Sequence record: KM389362.1
DNA: 4,647 bases
DNA from: Escherichia phage Phi05_1387 B
Strand: one strand, 5' to 3'
In this document: in pieces, positions 1 to 4,647 of the stretch
Layout of the letters: each line of letters begins with the position of its first letter
How positions within the stretch are numbered: position 1 is the first letter of the stretch
Program-made: the position numbers and the translations under genes
The notes under the pieces: generated by a model
The model's input: the letters and a program-made list of their open reading frames with translations, nothing else
Told to the model about the DNA's origin: nothing
Databases searched by the model: none

Positions 1-500
1 AAGACCAGCAGAAAGCGATTGAGTCAATTAAGCAGGCTGATGCGGCTGTTAAGTTGGCACACGAGAAGTTTTCGGCGTTGGCGGCGGAGAATGCGGGGCT
101 GAAGGCCTTCAAAACCGCCGTTTATCAGCAGATGGGCGTCGGATGTGATGCTCCTGAATTCTCCATTACGACAGGTTTGAGTAACTTACGTCGTTTTGCT
201 GACACACTCCACGCCATTGAACGTGAGTTCTTTACCAAAGAGCTACCTGATGAAGAGCACGAAGGCGAAACATTCAATGAATGTCCACTTAGCTGGGGAA
301 TGAGCGTCGAACAGTACGTTTCCGAGTTTCGCAAATGCCTGGCTGAAGTGCGGGCGCAGGCGTTTAATGACCTTTGCTCGGTGTTCGTTAAGAACGCGAC
401 GGTTGTCGGGCTGGACGATGGCGACATCGTTACGGTGAAAGAAGCGACGGACGCCCTGCTGGATTGTGCGGAACAGCTTCGCAAAGGAGGAAACCAGTGA
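1..500 (+). CDS. Hypothetical phage protein, 5'-truncated by the window edge
   Basis: The reading frame is open from position 3 (DQQKAIESIKQADAAVKLAHEK...) with no stop until TGA at 498-500. The track's TTG start at 54 is probably internal and the true start lies upstream of the window. The product is charged and helix-like. The stop overlaps the next gene's GTG start (GTGA, 497-500). Confidence 0.6.
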   Translation, partial: DQQKAIESIKQADAAVKLAHEKFSALAAENAGLKAFKTAVYQQMGVGCDAPEFSITTGLSNLRRFADTLHAIEREFFTKELPDEEHEGETFNECPLSWGMSVEQYVSEFRKCLAEVRAQAFNDLCSVFVKNATVVGLDDGDIVTVKEATDALLDCAEQLRKGGNQ

Positions 501-1225
501 GCAAGATTGACTATCAGGCACTGCGTGAAAAGGCAGAGAAAGCAACGTGTGGTGTATGGTCGCTCGAATATGGAGAGGGCCGATTTGATGGTGATGATGC
601 GCTAATTCATCGCGAGGCTGCTGGATATATTCCCATTTGCAGAATTGAAGGAGCGCATCCTGAAAGCGGTTTCGATGAAGATTTCCAAATGGAACAGCAG
701 GCAAATGCTGAATTCATCGCCGCAGCCAGTCCGGCTACCATGCTTGCGCTTCTTGATGAACTGGAAGCTCAAAGCAAACGTATCGAAGAGTTGAAGACAA
801 AATCTGCACCAGATTCGTTTGGCATCATCGGTGAAAATATTCGAACACAGGATAATCGAATAACGTCAGACCCTATGTTTTGTGTGTATCAAAAGCGCGA
901 AATCGTTGTTGATGCTGATTATGACTATGACAGGATTGTCTGGGTTGATGAAGATGGCAATGAAGCCAATAAACGCCAAAGTCGTCGTCTCGAACTACTT
1001 CATGAAAACTTTCGGGAACCACCAGAAAAATGGCGGCGCGTTGCTGTGAAAGATATTGATGAATTCGTTACCTGCTGTTTCACCGAACAGGGTTGTAAAG
1101 ACTACCTGGCAGCCAATGGTCACAATCTTCGCTTGCCATTTATATATGTAAATGGCGGTTTCAGGAACGCTGAATATATCGGCATAAGAAACTGGCTTGC
1201 TGGCATTGGCATCAAAGGAGGGTGA
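497..1225 (+). CDS. ead/Ea22-like family phage protein (tentative family call)
   Basis: GTG start at 497 is preceded by GGAGG (486-490) at 6-nt spacing and overlaps the upstream stop. The N-terminus reads MSKIDYQALREKAEKAT. Residues encoded at about 710-796 read EFIAAASPATMLALLDELEAQSKRIEELK, which I recognise as the conserved central motif of lambdoid Ea22-like proteins. Stop is TGA at 1223-1225. The track's TTG at 464 is probably too far upstream. Confidence 0.6.
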   Translation: MSKIDYQALREKAEKATCGVWSLEYGEGRFDGDDALIHREAAGYIPICRIEGAHPESGFDEDFQMEQQANAEFIAAASPATMLALLDELEAQSKRIEELKTKSAPDSFGIIGENIRTQDNRITSDPMFCVYQKREIVVDADYDYDRIVWVDEDGNEANKRQSRRLELLHENFREPPEKWRRVAVKDIDEFVTCCFTEQGCKDYLAANGHNLRLPFIYVNGGFRNAEYIGIRNWLAGIGIKGG

Positions 1226-1226
1226 T

Positions 1227-1514
1227 ATGGCAACTTTGCAGGAATTAATCGACCTGACGCCAGAACAGGAAAAAGCGTGGAATCGCCTTGTGAAGGCTGT
1301 AAAGGATTTCAGGGCAGCCGGAGGAAAGTTTTATAGCGTCCTGGACACGCTGAGCGCATACAACGGCGAGCACGTTGCCAGCATTGATAACGATAAGGGC
1401 TACCACACTGCAAGCGTTTATATGCCTAGCATTGATGCGCCAGGGCTAACCAGTTGGGCTGATGATTGGCACGGCATCACGCTGAAAGATGGCGTTGAAG
1501 TGGATGAGGACTAA
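1227..1514 (+). CDS. Small acidic hypothetical protein (95 aa)
   Basis: ATG at 1227 follows GGAGG (1217-1221) at 5-nt spacing and sits 1 nt after the upstream stop. Product MATLQELIDLTPEQEKAWNRL...GVEVDED has about 17 acidic versus 8 basic residues by my count. The track's TTG at 1197 would overlap the upstream gene and lacks an RBS. Confidence 0.65.
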   Translation: MATLQELIDLTPEQEKAWNRLVKAVKDFRAAGGKFYSVLDTLSAYNGEHVASIDNDKGYHTASVYMPSIDAPGLTSWADDWHGITLKDGVEVDED

Positions 1515-1517
1515 CAC

Positions 1518-2135
1518 ATGACCACTATTACCAAAGAACGTATTGAATTGTTCATTAAAAATCCGCTTGAAAACGGGCTTACTCGTGGCGAACAAATGGA
1601 ACTAGCACGAATTGCACTGGCATCACTGGAACGCGAACAGATTCGCCACGAGCATGCCAAATGGTCTGACTCCACATTTGGCTGCGTTGGCCCCATTGGT
1701 CCACTGAAACACCTCTCAAAAGAGGCACTGGAAGCCGCAGCCGAACCAGACGATCTTAGCGAGTGGGCTGATATGCAGTTTCTGTTGTGGGATGCACAGC
1801 GCCGTGCTGGCATCAGCGATGCTGAAATTACCGTTGCTATGGAAGATAAATTGAAGATCAACATGGAGCGCCAGTGGCCTGAGCCAAAAGATGGTGAGCC
1901 TCGCTTGCACATTAAAGAACCCGGCAACTCTCCGGTAACTCCGGATGGTTGGATAAGCTGTAGTGAGCGAATGCCCCCTCAAGATGATTGGATTTTAATT
2001 TATTCAAAGCACGGCGAGTATATGGCAGGACAGGTACAAGGGGAATACGTGGAGTTGAGCGATGGCACTTTATCGTGGTTAGGGAACGCCTTGTTCTGGA
2101 TGCCGCTACCGGAACCGCCGCAGGAGGCGAAGTAA
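1518..2135 (+). CDS. DUF550-like (annotated dATP/dGTP pyrophosphohydrolase) N-terminal domain fused to DUF551-like C-terminal domain
   Basis: ATG at 1518 follows GAGGA (1506-1510) at 7-nt spacing. The C-terminus ...GWISCSERMPP...WMPLPEPPQEAK (WMPLPEPP encoded at 2097-2120) matches the DUF551 hallmark common in enterobacterial prophages. The N-terminal half (LSEWADMQFLLWDAQRRAGISDAEI) resembles the DUF550 domain. Stop is TAA at 2133-2135. Confidence 0.7.
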   Translation: MTTITKERIELFIKNPLENGLTRGEQMELARIALASLEREQIRHEHAKWSDSTFGCVGPIGPLKHLSKEALEAAAEPDDLSEWADMQFLLWDAQRRAGISDAEITVAMEDKLKINMERQWPEPKDGEPRLHIKEPGNSPVTPDGWISCSERMPPQDDWILIYSKHGEYMAGQVQGEYVELSDGTLSWLGNALFWMPLPEPPQEAK

Positions 2136-2257
2136 TGAACAAGTGCAACGCTCTGCTTTATGCCATGGTGATTGGTTTCGGCCTGGCTGCTGGTATCCGG
2201 GTTTATATTACCTGGGAGTCATTAATCAATCTGGCGTGGAGTGCGATTCGTGGCTAA
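2135..2257 (+). CDS. Small predicted membrane peptide (40 aa), hypothetical
   Basis: ATG at 2135 overlaps the upstream stop (TAATG) and follows GGAGG (2123-2127) at 7-nt spacing. Product MNKCNALLYAMVIGFGLAAGIRVYITWESLINLAWSAIRG has one hydrophobic stretch long enough to span a membrane. Stop is TAA at 2255-2257. Its short length makes it uncertain. Confidence 0.45.
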   Translation: MNKCNALLYAMVIGFGLAAGIRVYITWESLINLAWSAIRG

Positions 2258-2588
2258 ATCCCCCGCAGAACGCAAAGCCGCGCAGCGCGCTCGGCAGTCC
2301 GCCGCCGGTGAGCGCAAAATTGAACTGGTGCTGGATAAGCAGGAGCAGGAAATGCTGGCGCGGAACTGCGCCGCCCGGCGCCCTGGTCGCGATCCCTATG
2401 AAATGTCCGAGTACATCGCGCTGCTGATCCGCCAGGATGATGCACGTGTGCGCGGGCGTATAAAATCGATCAGCAGAAAACGTTGCGGTAAGTGCGGCGA
2501 GAGAGTTCCCGTTAATTCATGCCCGTGTAATGGTGACTCGCAATGCTGGGTGACTAAAGGCTGGCATGAAACGAAATTAATAGTGTGA
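2241..2588 (+). CDS. Small basic protein with C-terminal Cys-rich (zinc-ribbon-like) motif; possibly YlcI/YnfO-like (low-confidence family call)
   Basis: GTG at 2241, or GTG at 2250 which has GGAG (2238-2241) at 8-nt spacing and gives MAKSPAERKAAQRARQ... The product is a charged helix-like region (ERKIELVLDKQEQEMLARNCAARRPGRDPYEMSEYIALLIRQD) followed by C-x2-C-x9-C-x-C-x5-C (CGKCGERVPVNSCPCNGDSQC). It sits immediately upstream of the small terminase gene, where YlcI/YnfO-family genes lie in E. coli DLP12 and Qin. The 5' half is GC-rich. Stop is TGA at 2586-2588. Confidence 0.55.
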   Translation: MRFVAKSPAERKAAQRARQSAAGERKIELVLDKQEQEMLARNCAARRPGRDPYEMSEYIALLIRQDDARVRGRIKSISRKRCGKCGERVPVNSCPCNGDSQCWVTKGWHETKLIV

Positions 2589-2596
2589 CATGTCAC
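2585..2596. repeat. Perfect 12-bp palindrome GTGACATGTCAC overlapping the stop codon of the upstream gene
   Basis: Read directly from the sequence; its reverse complement is identical. It lies at the 3' end of the accessory gene block, about 110 bp upstream of the terS start. Confidence 0.85.
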
Positions 2597-2637
2597 GAGT
2601 AGATTATGCATGATGAATTTGATGGGTTTTGAATACT

Positions 2638-2663
2638 GCCGCCAACTATGGCGGCTTTATTTT
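2638..2663 (+). terminator. Rho-independent terminator candidate
   Basis: A 7-bp GC-rich stem GCCGCCA (2638-2644), loop ACTA (2645-2648) and stem TGGCGGC (2649-2655) are followed by TTTATTTT (2656-2663). It lies in the gap between the upstream gene block and terS. Confidence 0.7.
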
Positions 2664-2667
2664 GCAT

Positions 2668-2698
2668 GGTACTATTACCAAAACGGTAACTATTACCA
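2668..2698. repeat. Tandem direct repeat GGTACTATTACCA / GGTAACTATTACCA immediately upstream of the terS ribosome-binding site
   Basis: The copies are at 2668-2680 and 2685-2698 and are identical except for one extra A. Each has an internal inverted GGTA...TACC. They lie between the terminator and the GGTGG RBS (2700-2704). Confidence 0.75.
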
Positions 2699-2709
2699 CG
2701 GTGGTTATG

Positions 2710-3303
2710 ATGCCTGCTGAACCTAAAACCTATAAACGCAAATCAACGCAATTTAAGCCACTAACAGCAATGCAGGAGGCTTATTGCCAGTCATACATCA
2801 AAACGCCTGAAAACCAGACTCAGGCAGCGATTAACGCAGGATTCTCCCCAAATACAGCGGCAGTTAAAGCCAGTGTCATGATGCGCGATGAACGCATTCA
2901 AAAACGGATTGCCGAGTTGATGGAGGAGCGCAACAAACGAATGCGCGTCAGTGCTGATTACGTTCTCATGCGCCTGGTGCAGATCGACCAGATGGACGTG
3001 ATCGACATCCTCAACGACGATGGGAGCCTTAAACCAATCCGTGAGTGGCCGAAAATCTGGCGCACTACGCTTAGTGGCTTTGATCTGTCATCGACCATCA
3101 TGAACATGAACGAGGATTCGATAGAGACAATCCTCAAAAAAATTAAATGGCCTGACAAGGTGAAGAACCTTGAGCTGATTGGTAAGCATGTTGATGTCAA
3201 CGCGTTCAAAGAACGTCTGGATGTTAATGTGAATGTGACAATTGCTGATCGCATAGCAGCAGCCAGGAAGCGACTCAAAGAACGTCAGGATGGTAATCAG
3301 TGA
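2710..3303 (+). CDS. terS: Terminase small subunit (Terminase_2 / P27-like HTH type, tentative subfamily)
   Basis: ATG at 2710 follows GGTGG (2700-2704) at 5-nt spacing; ATG at 2707 is the in-frame alternative. The N-terminal region (about 2761-2920) reads LTAMQEAYCQSYIKTPENQTQAAINAGFSPNTAAVKASVMMRDERIQKRIAEL, which matches the helix-turn-helix pattern of this small-terminase family. Stop TGA at 3301-3303 overlaps the GTG of the next gene. The track's ATG at 2629 would translate through the terminator hairpin and is rejected. Confidence 0.8.
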   Translation: MPAEPKTYKRKSTQFKPLTAMQEAYCQSYIKTPENQTQAAINAGFSPNTAAVKASVMMRDERIQKRIAELMEERNKRMRVSADYVLMRLVQIDQMDVIDILNDDGSLKPIREWPKIWRTTLSGFDLSSTIMNMNEDSIETILKKIKWPDKVKNLELIGKHVDVNAFKERLDVNVNVTIADRIAAARKRLKERQDGNQ

Positions 3304-4647
3304 CAGATACAGCGTTATCTCCTGAAGAGCAGTTGATCGAGGATATTGCAGGGTTCACTCACGATCCGCTTGGCTATGCCCTCTATGCGTTCCCGTGGGG
3401 GGAAGAGGGGACTGAACTGGCACATGCTACCGGCCCACGTCAGTGGCAGGCTGATGCGTTCCGAGAGATACGTGATCACCTGCAGAATCCAGAGACGCGC
3501 TATCAGCCGCTTATGCTGGCACGTGCTTCGGGTCACGGTATTGGTAAATCCGCATTCATCTCAATGCTGATCAACTGGGGCATGTCCACTTGCGAGGATT
3601 GTAAGGTCGTGGTGACCGCCAACACCGACAACCAGCTACGAACGAAGACCTGGCCGGAAATTATCAAGTGGTCGAACCTTGCTATCACGAAAGACTGGTT
3701 TACCTGTACCGCTACTGCGATGTACAGCAATGATCCTGGGCACGACAAGCGGTGGCGAGCTGACGCAATCCCCTGGTCTGAGCACAACACTGAGGCATTC
3801 GCCGGACTACACAACGAGCGCAAACGCATCATCGTGGTATTCGATGAAGCGTCGAACATTGCGGATCTGGTGTGGGAAGTTGCTGAGGGTGCGCTTACGG
3901 ACGAAGACACTGAGATTATCTGGGTGGCGTTCGGAAACCCTACACGTAATACCGGGCGTTTTCGCGAATGTTTCCGCAAATACAAACACCGCTGGAAAAC
4001 TGCGCAGATTGACAGCCGGACGGTGGAAGGCACTAACAAACAGCAGTTGCAGAAATGGGTTGATGACTACGGGGAAGATAGCGACTTCGTTAAAATCCGT
4101 GTGCGCGGCATATTCCCGGATGCATCTGAATTGCAGTTTATCCCTACCGGACTTACTGACGAGGCAATGAAACGGGTGGTCACCGCTGCGCAGGTTGCAC
4201 ATGCTCCGGTGATAATCGGCGTTGACCCGGCATACTCCGGTGTTGATGACGCGGTGATATATCTGCGGCAGGGGCTGCACAGTAAGGTGCTGTGGACCGG
4301 CAACAAGACCACTGACGATCTGATTATGGCGAAGCGTATCGCTGACTTTGAAGACCAGTACCAGGCTGACGCGGTGTTCATCGACTTCGGTTACGGAACC
4401 GGTTTGAAGTCAATCGGTGATGGTTGGGGGCGTACATGGCAACTTGTTCCGTTCGGTGGCGCGTCTACTGACCCGCAGATGCTTAACAAGCGTGGGGAGA
4501 TGTTCAACTCATGCAAGACATGGCTGAGGCTGGGCGGCATGCTGGATGACCAGGAAACAGCGGACGACCTGTCGGCGGCAGAGTACAAAGTTCGCGTGGA
4601 CGGTAAAATCGTTATCGAACCGAAAGAAGATATCAAGGAGCGGCTTG
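3300..4647 (+). CDS. terL: Terminase large subunit (ATPase and nuclease), 3'-truncated by the window edge
   Basis: Not in the ORF track. The frame is open from GTG 3300 (just after an in-frame TAA at 3294-3296) to the window end, about 449 codons. Walker A ASGHGIGKS is encoded at 3525-3551. Walker B IIVVFDE is at 3828-3848. A nuclease-domain-like acidic motif VIIGVDPAYSGVDD begins at about 4209, with the first Asp at 4224-4226. AGGA (3287-3290) lies 9 nt upstream of the GTG. Confidence 0.9.
   Translation, partial: MTDTALSPEEQLIEDIAGFTHDPLGYALYAFPWGEEGTELAHATGPRQWQADAFREIRDHLQNPETRYQPLMLARASGHGIGKSAFISMLINWGMSTCEDCKVVVTANTDNQLRTKTWPEIIKWSNLAITKDWFTCTATAMYSNDPGHDKRWRADAIPWSEHNTEAFAGLHNERKRIIVVFDEASNIADLVWEVAEGALTDEDTEIIWVAFGNPTRNTGRFRECFRKYKHRWKTAQIDSRTVEGTNKQQLQKWVDDYGEDSDFVKIRVRGIFPDASELQFIPTGLTDEAMKRVVTAAQVAHAPVIIGVDPAYSGVDDAVIYLRQGLHSKVLWTGNKTTDDLIMAKRIADFEDQYQADAVFIDFGYGTGLKSIGDGWGRTWQLVPFGGASTDPQMLNKRGEMFNSCKTWLRLGGMLDDQETADDLSAAEYKVRVDGKIVIEPKEDIKERL

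Noticed and set aside
125-704. Minus-strand ORFs 125-484 and 243-704
   Set aside because: They lie entirely antisense to plus-strand genes that have RBSs and recognisable motifs. Their products are low-complexity and rich in Ser, Arg and Cys, which is typical of shadow ORFs.
1511-2148. Minus-strand ORFs 1511-1927, 1716-1982 and 1912-2148
   Set aside because: They are antisense to the DUF550/DUF551 gene and have no RBS or motif support.
1988-2257. Track ORF 1988-2257 (89 aa, TTG start)
   Set aside because: Its 5' part overlaps the DUF551 gene out of frame and has no RBS. Only the 3' 40 codons from ATG 2135, which has a GGAGG RBS, are plausible.
2135-2257. Hok/Gef-type toxin identity for the 40-aa membrane peptide
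   Set aside because: I see no sequence resemblance to Hok-family peptides and no obvious antisense RNA or fold-back structure. Only the generic call of small membrane peptide is supportable.
2143-2445. Alternative-frame ORFs 2143-2427 (+) and 2254-2445 (-) across the GC-rich stretch
   Set aside because: High GC suppresses stop codons in all frames. Their products are rich in Trp, Cys, Pro and Arg and look like junk, whereas the 2241-2588 frame gives a coherent charged helical protein.
2584-2597. CRP-like half sites TGTGA ... TCAC around the palindrome
   Set aside because: The spacer between half sites is 4 nt, not the 6 nt of the CRP consensus, so it does not fit a CRP site. It is treated as a generic palindrome.
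2396-2611. Minus-strand ORF 2396-2611
   Set aside because: It is antisense to the 3' end of the 2241-2588 gene and runs through the palindrome, with no support.
2629-2697. Sigma70-like promoter hexamers (TTGAAT at 2629-2634, TTGCAT at 2662-2667, TATTAC at 2692-2697)
   Set aside because: No pair has both reasonable matches and 16-18-bp spacing. A promoter cannot be called from sequence alone here.
2629-2709. Extended terS N-terminus from ATG 2629
   Set aside because: It would translate through the terminator hairpin and the direct repeats and has no RBS. The start at 2710 (or 2707) has GGTGG just upstream.
2958-3570. ORFs 2958-3278 (-), 3315-3536 (-) and 3346-3570 (+)
   Set aside because: They lie inside terS or terL in the wrong frame or strand.
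1-4647. tRNA, CRISPR array, IS element or integrase
   Set aside because: There are no arrays of regularly spaced repeats, no cloverleaf-like segments, no terminal inverted repeats flanking a transposase-like ORF, and no recombinase-like product in any frame.

Overview
The window reads as a tightly packed, single-strand (+) stretch of a tailed-phage or prophage genome from an enterobacterial-type host. Six closely spaced or overlapping accessory-type genes (1-2588) come first: a 5'-truncated ORF, an ead/Ea22-like protein, a small acidic protein, a DUF550/DUF551-like fusion protein, a 40-codon membrane peptide and a GC-rich Cys-motif protein. A short intergenic region (2589-2706) follows, with a perfect 12-bp palindrome, a rho-independent terminator hairpin and a tandem direct repeat. 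The DNA-packaging module begins immediately after: a small terminase subunit (2710-3303) and a large terminase subunit (3300 to window end). The large terminase is absent from the ORF track because it starts at GTG and has no stop inside the window. No tRNA, rRNA, CRISPR array or transposase was seen, and all minus-strand ORFs look like shadow ORFs. The most interesting parts are the intergenic region, which may be a packaging-site or late-operon boundary, and the small GC-rich two-gene insert just upstream of it. All family assignments come from motif recognition by eye and need a database search to confirm.
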